Below are positions 47,584 through 60,540 of a stretch of DNA of 64,000 nt, piece by piece. The position numbers were made by a program, and so were the translations under genes. The stretch is from Ascidiella aspersa (lineage: Eukaryota): NCBI GenBank assembly GCA_963924565.1, contig OZ004614.1:20212001-20276000 (forward strand), written 5' to 3'. Every line of letters starts with the position of its first letter. Positions within the stretch are counted from its first letter, which is position 1. The notes under the pieces were generated by a model. It did not search any database. It saw only the letters and a list, made by a program, of their open reading frames with translations, and was not told the origin of the DNA.

Positions 47584-48348
47584 CCTGTTCTTATCGAATG
47601 TACGTGAGGTTGCCTTGTCCGAGCGGCGCTGCTTTGTATTAGATAGTATTCTTCTGACAGCCTGATGTTTTGTTTTTAAACTTTTTACCTCGTCTATACT
47701 CATTTCATATGTTTTTGACTTTTTTATAAATTTTATTAATACTTTGCTATGTATATTTATCTTACTTTACTCACAGAAAACGATGGTTGCCAGTGTAGGC
47801 GAAATATATATTCCATTAAAATGTCTGATCCTGGTTTTACTCTGGTTTTTAAACTCGTAGTTTTATTGTTTTGAAATGAAAGAAAGTTCTACAGCTTATG
47901 AATTTAATCCAAGAATGTGTCGACAAGACCGAAACTTTGCACTCCAAAGGGCAATGTTGTAATATCGATGGTAAAGGCACGAACCGGTTCAAAGTCTTCG
48001 CAGCCCGCAGAACAGTTTCGGAAACTCCCGCGCTTAGTTCGTTTGCATTTTTTGAAAAATTCTCCTTGGCAACCGAGCCAAAATCGCCCGCGTCATCGAG
48101 ATCGGCTTATCGCGATCCGTTTCGGGTAACGTGGCGCACGTGACGCTCGAGTAACGACTTTGTGACGTCACAATGCAGGCGTTCGCCGAACCTGCATGCT
48201 GGGCTGAAGGAATTTGGAAGATCGTCGCACGATATAGAGCGACACTTGTATCAGGTGGCGTTCTGCACGACGTAAACATTCGCTCGGCCTTTTTCGGGCA
48301 GAATGACGTCGCTTAACAAAACTTTAATGAGCATGCTGTTGTTACCAG

Positions 48349-48890
48349 GCATTGTTTCAATTGTGAAATTGTTCTTCCGGCAAAATTTTATGAAAGTATA
48401 CCAACGTTTCGACCACCCGTTCGTTGCCCTGGAGAAAATTGCTTGAAGTTATTTGTTTAAAAAATAAAATTACAATGGTTTGTTTATTTAAGGAATTCTA
48501 GAAGGTGGTGCGAGAATGGGCTGGTGATTTTAAAGGGGTGCAAGCAGGTTTTTTTTTAAGGTTTGGTTTGGATGACCGCTAAGTAGTTTTAAGAGACCGC
48601 AAGTGTTTCATTTAAATGCCAAAAAGCTGCAAGTCCAAAATTTGGGAAACCGCTGGAGAAATTTAAACACTGGGTAAAAAAAAACCCTAAAAAAACACTG
48701 GGTGCAAGAAATGTTTGGTGGCTTAAATGTTTGGGGGGTTTTCCCTGCATTGTTTCAATTGTAAATTTGTTTTTTCCGGCAAAATTTTATTAAATGCCAA
48801 CGTTTCGACCAACATACGTTGCCCTAAAAACGATTGCTTAAATAGGTGATCGAAACGTTGGTACTTTAATAAAATTTTGCCGGAAGAAGA
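48349..48890 (+). mobile_element. Decayed Penelope-like pLTR fragments with degenerate hammerhead
   Basis: Two related segments (48349-48445, 48747-48890); inverted repeat TTCCGGCAAAATTTTATTAAA..CCAACGTTTCGA / TCGAAACGTTGG..TTTAATAAAATTTTGCCGGAA. Confidence 0.5.
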
Positions 48891-50067
48891 CTTGTTTTAA
48901 CAAAACTCGCTCTAAAAATGTGACACACAGGCATTTTGGTTATACCCTGTAGGATTTCGATAAATTTGCGAATTACGAGTGTGGACTTGGGAAATTATTG
49001 CTTTTAGTTAATTTACTTGAGTTTGTGTTTCTTACAAGCATTCTGTTTGTGTTTCTTACAAGCATTCTGAATACATTAACCTTTTTTGTCGATTTTTGCA
49101 CGGGGCACTAATGAAAGATAAGTTAATTGATTTGGGGCCTGGAAGTGCCGATTTTTGTTTAAGGGTCGCATTAAAAGTTTCAGAGATATTGCCACAAATT
49201 GCTTCACATCGTGACGTCATAATTTACCAATATCTTTGTTGGTTCAAGCTATTTTTTAATTAGACTTTTAAACAGCGAAAAAAATTGCAAAAAATTATAA
49301 CGCATAAACGGCATTGCTACCGAACCCCTATCTAAAACTCCGCTAAATACCGTAATAAGTATTTGTTTTTATTGCTATGATGAAATAAAGTTTTTTTTTT
49401 ACTTCAATGGGACCCTCTAACTCAAAAAGACAAAGCAGTTAACACCACATTTTTATCTCACTTATCGAATCATTAACTGACCCTTAAACAATAAAGTAGT
49501 CAGGAAAACACATTTAACGCCATAATTTTATCTCAAAATCATTAAAACATTAACTGGCTATAATTCCTACAGTAATTTAATATCGGATCAGCACCGATAC
49601 CACCTAACATAGGACGAATACCGATACTTGGTATTATAGCCATGATTTGTAATCCAACCGAGCGATTTCTGCCGTAAAAGATAAACTGGCAAATGCAGCT
49701 GGTTAACACCTTAACTGGAATTAATTCAATTTCTTAACTCAGATATAAATAACACTAGCCAATAGTCTTAGTGGAATGTGTCGCAACAAGGGGAAATCCC
49801 CGAAGTAATCACTCTTGCGCTGTGCGCTTGTTTTTGTGGTAATTTTTTAAGACAGGTCTTGTCGGCTTTTGCTGAGAGAAGCCATCAGCCTTTCGTGGAA
49901 GAGTTTGCGGTCCACTTTGCTTTGCTGCACCTGCAAGCAGTTGGCATTTGCCTGTCACGAAAACTGCCGATTCTAAGCGCGAGGGGAGGAATGTGACTTT
50001 ACTATAGTTTACATCCTCGGAAATGTGCGCCTTCAGCATTTTAACTCGAAAATATAATGCCTTAAGA

Positions 50068-50492
50068 CAGTGGTACTCAACCTTTTTAGCTTACGGACCG
50101 GTAAAATTTCAAAACAAGTTTTGCGGACCGGTGGACCTTCAAAAATCAAAATCAACCCAAAATGTCATTACGACAAAAGTTTATGCAACTTAAAAGCAGA
50201 TAATGGAAACGTCAATTTAATGAGCAAATTGCTGCTGTATTTTTGATATCATACGTATTTTACGTGGTTCATTGAAGTTTTTCACCTATATACAACTGTT
50301 TTAAAGCTTAAAGTCCAAAATAGACCATTAACTCTATGTTACGTCACAATGCAGCAAATTACGGAACTGGCGAGTTCTACATTTGAGGTACAAGCTTTTA
50401 ACATTCTGCATTTTGCAACTAAGATATAAAATTTTAATATATTTGGCGGACCGGCAGGAAAGTTGATACGGACCGGCCGTTGAGAACCACTG
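50068..50492. mobile_element. hAT MITE
   Basis: CAGTGGTACTCAAC...GTTGAGAACCACTG; TSD CCTTAAGA/CTTTAAGA. Confidence 0.85.
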
Positions 50493-53400
50493 CTTTAAGA
50501 TACTTTTGGCGTATTTTATCCCATTTTTATGTTCGAGCAAACCGGTGGTTCTAAAACGTTTCTAGATCGTCACACCTAAAACTATTTTGTTTAAATTGGT
50601 TATTCGCTCTTCAAAAGAAGCAAGTTTCGTAGTCGATAATCTATGTTAAAAAAAACGCATCAAAATAACTTGCATTTAAAAAAAATATGCTAAATTAAAC
50701 ATTTGAAGGCTAAACCTTGCGAAAAAACATTTTCGGGGATTAGTAACTACAGTTTAGACTCTACAAGGTACTTGTTGGGATCAAAAACGTGTAAAGGGCT
50801 AAAAAATGTTTTCCCCGAAAATCGACAAAGAAGTCACTCTTTCTTCAAAACGCACACATACTTCATTTTCCAAGACTCTAAAGCCGCAAACCATTTCCTT
50901 TCGCTCACGTTTGATATACGAAAACAACGAAGCCCTTCCCGGACCTCTTTACCCTCTGACCCCCCCTCCCCCTTTCTTTGCCTTTTCTGTATCCGCGGCG
51001 TATTCGCTTACGTTGCGTGTGTGCAGCTGAAACCCGAGGCCCAGCGCCTGTCGCTATTTGGCGTCAAGAAACTTTCGGAATTTCCAAATCCGCGGCCACC
51101 TTAGCCTCATCGCCAATATAATATAGATTTCGCACCGCATTCGGTCCGTGTGATGTGTCCTTCGGGCCTTTCGCGTCACAATACACCGCCTTGTTGCGTA
51201 ACAAACAATCGATCCGACACGGCGTCTTTCAAGCTGGCACATCAAACCGCCAGTCGAGGTGGATTTCCAGCGCTAAACGGCGCGTTTTTGTGCCGCGCTG
51301 TCTGCCCCATGTGAGGGGTCATTGCCAGAAGAATGTCTAGGGCAGTCAAAAGCATTGGAATCTCGTTGCTTTGTCAATAGGAGCTTCGAGAACGGCGCCT
51401 ATTTAGAGCAAGTCAGGGAGAGAATCTCAATTAATCTTTTGTTTGTTGTATAGGGCTGCTGGCTTACTTTTTGTTAAGAGAACTGCTGAAATTAGAACCA
51501 TTCTTACGACTAATTTTTCCACACACAACTTTAAAGCGAAAAATGTCCTCCGGCGATTTATTATTAAGGTATGGGGTATCCAACGAACAACCTTATTAAC
51601 TGAACAGTCTCGCAATAAACACTAATCCAAATTAAGGTTTTCATGGCCCAAGGAAAACATGCAATTACCAAATAAATTGTCGAAAAAATAAAACTACAAG
51701 TTTGAGTGGATCGGAGCACTGTCAAGTCAAGATTAATTCACGACGCAAGATGAAACATATCCTTAAAAGAAACTGGCTTAAAACCATCCGTTCTGGTATA
51801 AACTGTGGCGATTTAGAGAGAGCAAGCTCACACAAAACTGTTTGAAAAAGGGATGCCGGATTTCCGAAGCGGTCAAGCTATTATCGGCCAGCGTGTGAGA
51901 AAGCAAATGAATAGGATACCATAGAATTGGAGCTAGAAGCCCTTTTAAACACAGAAGCGTATTTTTTTAATTTTTGATGGAAAAGAAAGAACAAGTAAAG
52001 GTGAAAAAGGTTTGGTGCCGCCGCGCAGGTTAAAACCTGGCAGTAAAAAAACGTTTCGCCCTTCATGTTTGTGGTGCTGGGTAAGTTTGGTTAGTCCCGG
52101 CCCTGCATACACATACCTAGAGGGGGGGTATATCATATTTTAATTATTAAACAGCTAAACTCATATTTTGGATTTAATTTATGCCTTTAAAGATCTCCCC
52201 TGTGATGTTTCGTGGTTCTCGAAACTCTAAGGGGAGGGGCACAAAAAATGTAGAGTCCATAAAAAGGGACCACAACTTATGAAAGGTTGATATCAACTTT
52301 TGGTTATTATAGACCAAAACAACTGTTATTTCAATTTTACCGCCCCGAAAAACAAACTAACATGCGTCGGAAAAAAGAGCGAGTTTCCATTGGTGGAGCA
52401 TACGGTCGCTAAAGAGCAGCTTACCACGTCAACCACAACCTCCAAAGCGCAGCCAGCGTGTTGTTATGGGACACGTAGGTGGACCCGTTTGCCTCCCGCC
52501 AGCAAAATAGCGCCCGAAGCGCCTGAAAAGCAGCGGCCTTGGCAGCGGTCGGCGCACGTGTTTGCTAAATAGCTGCACCGTGCGAACCTTGTGCAGCTGC
52601 TGTTGCCGTATAGAAGCCCTGGGTTCTGCGAGCCCGGTGCAACAGCGCTCTGCCTTGCTGCTAGCATTTGCGCTACACGTGTTGTTTTGACGTGACTCGG
52701 CAAGTTTTTTTCGTCGCCGCCCCCCGCTCCGTGCTTTGCACGCATTCGAGAGAACGGAGTTAGGTGTTTGCCAGCGGTTGGTGTTTTTTTTTCAAGCTGT
52801 CGGCGTTGCTTGACGCTCGAAACGCGATTTTTTTTAAATGTGATAATTGTTTTCTTTTTCTTTTTGTCGTTTTTTCCGAACGGAAAATCCGTAAAACGAC
52901 ATTTCGTTTAGGGCGAACACTTACATTTGCAAACCTTTCGAAATACGCCGAACACTTTCGAATGTAAAGAATCTCCCGCAGACAACATATGCTAATGAAA
53001 GATTCTTGCTTTTTTATCAAATGGTGTTTAACTGTTTACAAAACAGGTATAAAACATAAAATAATTTCGTAAAATTTCATAGATCAATCTCAGCGCCTTT
53101 TAAAATAAGGTTGTTTGTATTGAAATTGTGAATATTGGAATTACTTCGTTAACGATTTCCAACTCGTTGCGTAAACAGGCCTTATATAAAAGCAGCATCG
53201 ATTATAAGCAATGCTCTTAAGTCGCCATTTGGTTTGGAATGCTTATTCGAAATTGCAATTTGCTGTACCAAGTCGACAAGAGATACAATCGCTTAGCTAT
53301 TTCTGGCTCCGCATTTCAAAAAACCAGCCGACGCTAAAAGGTTTGATCGAAAAGTCGGCGTTCAAAGAAAAAGACTTGCGAAAAAAATTACGGTACTTCG

Positions 53401-54798
53401 AACCTCCCAGTGGTCTTGCCGCATTTTTTAAGGCGTCTTAACTACCAAGAGCAAGCGCGTTATTTGCGGCAATCGCTTAAAACTCGGTTCAGTGCGCGAT
53501 AAACAACTGTCACGCAAGCGCGCCGATTCTAGAACCTTCGCGAAAGGCGCTAATCCCCGCTAACAGCAACTCGATTTTATCTCACAGGCGGTATAGGGCG
53601 CGCGCTCAGTCGGCCTCGCAAACCTGTTTTCTCCCGTTCCCACACGAAAAACTGTCAGTCGTAAAAGAAAATCTGTTTTTTTCGCTCGGCTGCGCGCGCG
53701 GGGGTGTGTGTGCGCTGTTTTTTTTTCGCCAAGTTCACTCTCCGGGCTCCTCCTTCCCCCAAGGCTACAGCGCTCTATATTCGCGGCCGTCGCTTTTGGC
53801 GCTTTGAGAACCTGAGAACCCCTATTTTTAGACCTCCCAACGACAGACACTAGTAAACTGACCATGGCCACGTCACAACCGTCATGTGACGTCACAATGC
53901 GATGGCATGCAGGTGAGGCGGCAGCGCCCGTTTTTTTGGAGCGGCGCCTGTGCTTTTGCCCGTCCTTTTTGTTTGCCCAGCGGATCTGTTGTTTTGGCGA
54001 TGCATTGCGAATTAGGAGCTGTCACGTATTCAACCTCACGACTGTCAACGTAGAGCGCGGGGATTTAAAGCCCGATTCCCCGCAGTTTGGTTTGGGCGTG
54101 CGCCGATGTCATTGCGGCTTGATTCTGTCGACTCAGGGCGGCGCCGGCTCACAGTAAAAAAAGCGAGGCGGCTACACTTTGTAGCGCTGGTAATCCCGGC
54201 TAATTAAACACAGATTGCCAAGCTAAGGTCGTTTATCACCCTGACCTTGTCCCGTCAGCAAAAGGCCAATTTTAGATTACCGAGGTTAATTTTAACCCCG
54301 ACGCGCCCTAATCGCCCGAAAAACCGCGCGTGGTAATTAAAATCCAACAAATTTTTCCCCGTTATTTTGATTGATCGCGAGGCAATTGCCACAACTGCAA
54401 GAGCTTAATCGACAAAAAAACACGCCAATTTTCCAACTCGTCTTTCGCGCTTCTACAAGTCGTCGTTGTTTTCGGTTTTAAATGTTTTACCCTCGCTCGA
54501 TTGGTGACAATTAAATTAAACAGCTTTATATAAATCACCGAGACATATTCAATAAAACGTGGACGGGCCTACCTTTTTAAATATCTTCGATATAAAACTA
54601 GTCGTTTTTCAATTTTTATGGTAAACTTTTTTCTATTTCAGCTTAGCATAGAAATTGATTTTAAAAGTCCAAAGCTTGATGTTTAAAATGAATGTAGAGT
54701 TATTCAAAACGTTTAAAACCTAGTACACCGAACGCCATTGCAGACTCACCGAATCTGTTGATCTAAGATGCAAGCAGGGCAGGTTAGAAAAACAACTA

Positions 54799-54830
54799 GC
54801 CTGCAGTGAGGCTCGAACTCACGACCTCCG
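54799..54830 (-). other. tRNA-derived fragment (T-arm/B-box), probably a SINE remnant
   Basis: Minus strand GGAGGTCGTGAGTTCGAGCCTCACTGCAGGC; no D-arm upstream. Confidence 0.45.
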
Positions 54831-57800
54831 GTCAAGCCGGGACCGTTGCGTTTGAAACCTACTTCTATATTTGCTTTTACATCCCACCAAAGTCAAACCT
54901 TAATAAAAATCGGGATTTTATTACCACTAGGAGGCAAGTTAGCTTGGCAGGTGGTCCGTCAAAAAGCACCAATCCCTGTGGAATTATATTGGCTACTGTT
55001 GCCGTGCGTTCGGCGTTGACTTTGTCGCGTTGTTGGCCGAACGCAATATTCTTTTATTGCTCAATTAGGGTCAGGGGTCGTGTCACAACAGCGCAGGTGC
55101 AATTTATACGGTCACCGTTTCACACCCTTTACGAGTCGGCGATGATTGACAGGCGAATTTCTGCGGGAAATTAGACGGCCGTATAACGTGGCCGCTGCTT
55201 AACTAGCCGCGGGTCCTATGTTTTATACTTGGTTTGCACACATCCTATACGGCAGTGGTTCTTGAACTTTTTCAACACGGACCCCGGAAATATTTCTTTT
55301 GGTTTGCGTGGACCACGGTAGGAACAAAAAATTCCAAAGATCACCTCATAATTTTACGTCATAAAACAAAAATACTCCAGAAATTTACTGATTTTAGGCC
55401 AAAAAGTGTGAAAGGTAAACGGGGTCTTAACGCATTTAGTACAAAACCGTTTCATTTTTAATTAAATCTTACCCTTGAAAAACTAATTACTTCTTAAATG
55501 TACACTAATGTTGTTATAAGGGCTTCATGCACCTCAGTTTAAAAATCCCTGCTATACAGCTTATAAAATTAATAGGTGGTTTTGAAAGAGGCCCAAACGC
55601 ATAAATGTAATTTGGGAGCCCAATTCGTTTAAAACAAACTTCGTGTAAGACATAAAAAGTCAACAAATTATGCATTTTAACGTAAAAAACGAATTTCGGC
55701 CGCTGCTGCATTGACCACAGAAATCGCCCCGTTGTTGCGGTCGAGGTCATTAGCCTTGCAGTAAAGCTTGAACGGCGCGGAATGCGAACAAGATACGTCA
55801 ACGAGTCACCGAACTACGCCTTTTGTGGGCCACCCGTAAATTATATCGTTGCTGACGATTTGGCGTGACTGTGACATGTTTAAAATCCTTATTTTCTTGG
55901 GTAATACCAGTAAAAACAAATAGAACTGAGAGTCCTTGAGAATGCCAATTAAAGTCCAGTCGGTCTTATAAGTGTGCGTACAGGGAACAAAGTAAAAACT
56001 GGAAATACCAGCTTCCACCGTGATCTTCATTCCTCCCACTAGTATACTTTGTCGGGCATAATGACTGATCGTTTCCGTGCAACGTAGGTGAAATTCCATA
56101 GGTTATATACGGAGGCATATATTATGGCGTGGGCGTACAGACCAAATTCCTTATTTATTATAAATAAGAGTGGAAGAAAAAAGTGCTTTAAGGTTACTTC
56201 TACTTCTTATTCAGTTTGCTAGAAACGATCTCACCCATGTATGGACCATCGATTTAGTAACTCGCGATACTGGTTATCAATACTTGTCCGATCCTCTGGG
56301 ATTATCGTTACTCGCCTGATACCAATACGTCTGTACATCACAGCCACGTTTTACGATGTTCACCTTCATAGTTTTAATTTAATATAAAATAATAGATCAA
56401 TTGGGGGTAACTAAGCTTGTATAGTCTAAATCAGGGGTGTCCAACTTAAACATGCCGACACCGAGTCGCGGTAAGCCGGCCTTGACCAGGTTCAAGCACA
56501 ACATGGTAAATAGGTGGCCTGTTCATCCAACCTGATATGGAGTTGTTTTTTTGGTCGATTCTACGCCTTGGGCGCCGTGTTTCCCCACGTCTCCACGCGC
56601 CGCCGTGTTGTGTTGATTGTAGTCGTAACGCACGGTCGTGTCGAAGCGCGTGGTCGGCTCCAAATCCAGCCTAACGCGCGTAGAAAAGGCCCAAGTCAAG
56701 CCGGGATGATCCGCCTTAAAATGCCACCATTGACGCAGGCGGCTCGCGGGCCCATACAACCGCCGTCAGCCCGCTCAGCTTTGCTTTTAATCTCGTGCAA
56801 CACTTGCGAAATCGCGATGGCGCTAAGTGCAAGCCCTAAAGCACACGTGTGCCGCGCGTAAAATATCTGCTGCTTTTACTTCTACTGCTGCTGTTGTTGT
56901 TGTTCCTGTCAAAACATGTCGAACGCCATAACTAAGAAGTTGTGGCGCCGTCCACTTATGGACTTGGATTGGGCTTTTGGCTTATGTACTGCGAAACGCA
57001 GCCGTCTTACTTTTATGATATGAAAAATTGTTTCGCAATAGCATGTACAGATACAATTTAAAGAGCACCCTGGCTTTAAATTCTCTTAGATGTCAAACTA
57101 TCCCTAAAAACTGAATTATAAACAAACTTTGAAGTTCATTGGGATCATGGTTTTAGGCTAAAAAACTTCGCCTATATGCTGAATTATTCTTAGCTGTAGG
57201 CTATACCCTTAATGCTATTATGTTTTCACTTTAGTGCTATATTTTAGCCGTCGAATCAAATAGGGGGTGTGGTGGAAATATGTTAACAGCTCAACTATTA
57301 TTTTCTGACAATTTCAATTGTCGATTGGATAAAACGAGGGCGAAATCCCAAACAAGTGCATCCTGCCCCAATGGTCAAACTCACAAGATGCTGGACACTG
57401 TGGCGAACCCTGCTGCACTTTTGCCTAATCCGGGAAACGACTAATCTGTCGTTTCCATTGTGTTTGCGACGCGGCAAACCAGCAGAGGTGTGAAATTCAA
57501 TCCAATTACGAGCTTAGGGAACTGATGAAAGCTATTACTGCATTTAATTGCCCATAATCAGCAGTGATTATCTTTTATGGCTTACGGCATCCCTCAAAAA
57601 TAATAAATAGATTTTCGGCACCCCGACTGTATATATTTCCTATTAGGTCTCCGCGTCGTGTTCTGCAAAAAAAGGAAAAATCAAGGCCATCGCTATGCCA
57701 CGTGTTATAACCCGCTTACGCACGAACGTTTGACGGTTTTTGTCAGCGATGATATCGTGCCGTTACATAACGCGCCGCAGCCTAACCCGCAAAGTGAGCC

Positions 57801-59133
57801 GGCGTCGACAGTTGTTGTGTAACGTGCGTTGCACCCTCGCTACCCTCAACTTGTCCGCCTTTCAACCCTGGATCGTCACGCTTGGAATCTCGCGGAGCTG
57901 GCCAATCAGGTGCGAGCCTATCGCGCAGCCCTCTCTGCACGTGATCGCTCGCGACAATTTTTTGCTCAGGCCAAGAAACTCTTGCCAACGCCTCGCTTGT
58001 GATTTCTTGGCCCGCCACAGTTGTTGCTATTGTCGCGTGGCCCCGCGACGGCTTTGTTTTGATTGGCGCGGCGCCCTGACGTCACAACAGCCGAATGCTG
58101 ACGTCATGCGACACGACCCGTTTGGCGTGTAAGGTGTTTTGGGGGTTGGTGGGTGCGCGCGTGCCCGGGGCATGTTTCACCAGCGAATTTTCGGACTGTC
58201 ACGAGAGCGCACGAAAAGTTACATTGTCGGGGTTAAACCCCGATTTTATTCACCCCTGGGCCAATTTGGAGGGTGTTTTGATAAGTCATCCGCCCCCAAA
58301 TGGCGTTTGTTAGCTTTGCAGGTAACCCCGTGACGCATATGCCCCTCTAGCCTGGGGTAAAGCGGAAAGGGGGTCGGGGTTGGAGTTGCGACATTGCATG
58401 TCCATGTTTTCGTGTAACGTAAGCCGGGCATTTAACAATAAAATAACGCGGAAACCGCCGATCAATTTAAGCCTTCTGACGAGTCAGACAGGTTTGATGG
58501 ACGCTACAACTACTTAATAATTGATTTGAAGGACAACCTTACAAAAAAATCTCCATATACAATGCAAAATGTTGTGTAAACAAGATTAATTAGTGGAGCT
58601 ATTGAGCGTTGTAAAAGATATATACACATGACCGAATATTTTATTATCCTTTGAACTTCGATTCATTCGGACTGAAAAAGTAAATGATATAGCAACAGTA
58701 AAAAAATTAGAAATAATGAACATTTCCAAAACAATTTAAAAACTTTATATAGTAGTACCACGGATCTCTATGCCACGGCAACAACTTATGCGGGCGATTT
58801 ACCAAAAACATATTCTTAAAATAACATAAATTCTATTGGCGTCTTTGCTGATTCTTTTACACCTATACCAAAACCACCCCCGCGTCCATAATGGACGACG
58901 AAACTTCAACGTGCCTTTGACGCGTCGGCGCATCATTTGGAAATGTACAAAACCAACAGCAAGGCCGTCGCCCCCAGTTCTCGCGTGCTGGGAATGCAGC
59001 GTGCGACAGCTGGTTGTGTTGGAAGGTGGCCAATTCAAACTGCAAAAAGTGGCAACGTAGTTTTAGTAGCAGCCGCGTTATCGGTCCATAGCCACGCCAA
59101 AAACGGTCAACATGTGCTTGGCTGCCCGTAGAC

Positions 59134-59222
59134 CAGAGTTGGATCAATTACATTACAATTACAATTACATTGAAACCTGTAATAAATTACATCAATTAAA
59201 AATTACAATTCATCCAACTCTG
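59134..59222. mobile_element. 89-bp mini-MITE with CAATTA repeats
   Basis: TIR CAGAGTTGGAT/ATCCAACTCTG; flanks CCGTAGAC/CTGTAGAT. Confidence 0.7.
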
Positions 59223-60445
59223 CTGTAGATATGGGATTTAGCAAAATTTCTGGACTATCGAGCTTGCGTTTAAATGTTTGACCCAACTTAAAATAGAAAT
59301 ATCCTTCTACCGAGCGAAACGAGTTTCGCAGGCACCATTATGGGCTAAAACCGTTATGGGGCTAGTAACTATTAAGCAACACCTACAGTATAGTATTTTA
59401 CAGGGTTGCTAAGATTATCTGTTATAGCTTAGGGGAAAATTCGTGTAAAATCCGGACAGTTTAGCTTACCACCTATTCTGCCCGCGTGAAGGTGGCGCTT
59501 AAGTCGCCCCTCTAATACCCCCCCCCCCCACACACACACTCCCCTTTACCTTTAAACGTTCGCCTTTCCAAAAGCAACAGCCCCGCCCAGAAAAGGCCGC
59601 GTCTCGCTAAGAAGGAATCTAGTTCGCGTGCCGCGGTGCCGGTGCCACAACTGGGAGGGGCCTGCTACTTACCCAAACAAGCCGTCCGGCGCCCCGCTTT
59701 GTCTCAGCGCTATGTTTACTTTCGCACTTTGCTGCCTCGCGACGATTTCTGCACGCGATCACTCCCGCTCAAATCAGAAGGGTGTAGGGGTGTGGGGAGA
59801 AAATTACGCACGCTATTTCATGCTGTTCAAAGTTTTCGTCGCAAAATTGTAGTTTTAATCGCGATACGGCGACGGCTTCACCGAGAGGGTCTTGAAAAAG
59901 TTTGGGGAAGCATGTTGAACTCACAAACTATAGCGGTAAAATTTGTTGTCTTGCTTCTAATATTAACATTTTTTATATTTTTGGAAATATGATTTTAGAG
60001 ATTGTTATTTGTAAGTGCTAATAAACTAAATCTTGTCCAAAAAAAGCGACGATATTTTCTTCAATTGGCTTTGCGCTCACCATTCACCTCAACGTTAAAG
60101 CCGATAAAATAAGACATTGTTGACAAATTGTTTTTTTTTTAAGTTGAAGTCTTAATGTGACCTGGCGAAGCTCGATTGTGCGGAAGCTTGTCAGCTTAAA
60201 CTACAAATAGTCAACAGTGCCACAATGTTTGTTGTTTTGAATAAGACAAATACGGCTATCAACCAAGATTGCAAAAAGTAGTTCATCTTTCTACAACCTT
60301 AATCTCACCAACAGAGGTATTCTTTGCGAGTTGATTTGAACGAGTAACAAGTACTGAGCGAATATTTGTTGAGTTCTTCACCTAATCCTTGTAACCTTGT
60401 AATGCAACGCCGGGTGAGTGTAGTTTGTGCGACAACTCTCTGCAG

Positions 60446-60540
60446 TGTTACTCGAATTCATGTGACTCGCCAAATGTTACTCGAACTCATGTCACTCGCC
60501 AAATGTTACTCGAACTAATGTTACTCGCCAACTGTTGCTC
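60446..60540 (+). repeat. 29-bp tandem repeat x~3 (TGTTACTCGAACTCATGTCACTCGCCAAA)
   Basis: Direct reading; lies upstream of a GGCAACACTG hAT-like end at ~60599. Confidence 0.8.

Noticed and set aside
48941-49010. TACCCTGTAG...AATTTG similarity to miR-10
   Set aside because: Only 10 nt match contiguously and no complementary arm to form a pre-miRNA hairpin
54799-54830. tRNA gene
   Set aside because: Only the T-arm/B-box is present; no cloverleaf can be formed
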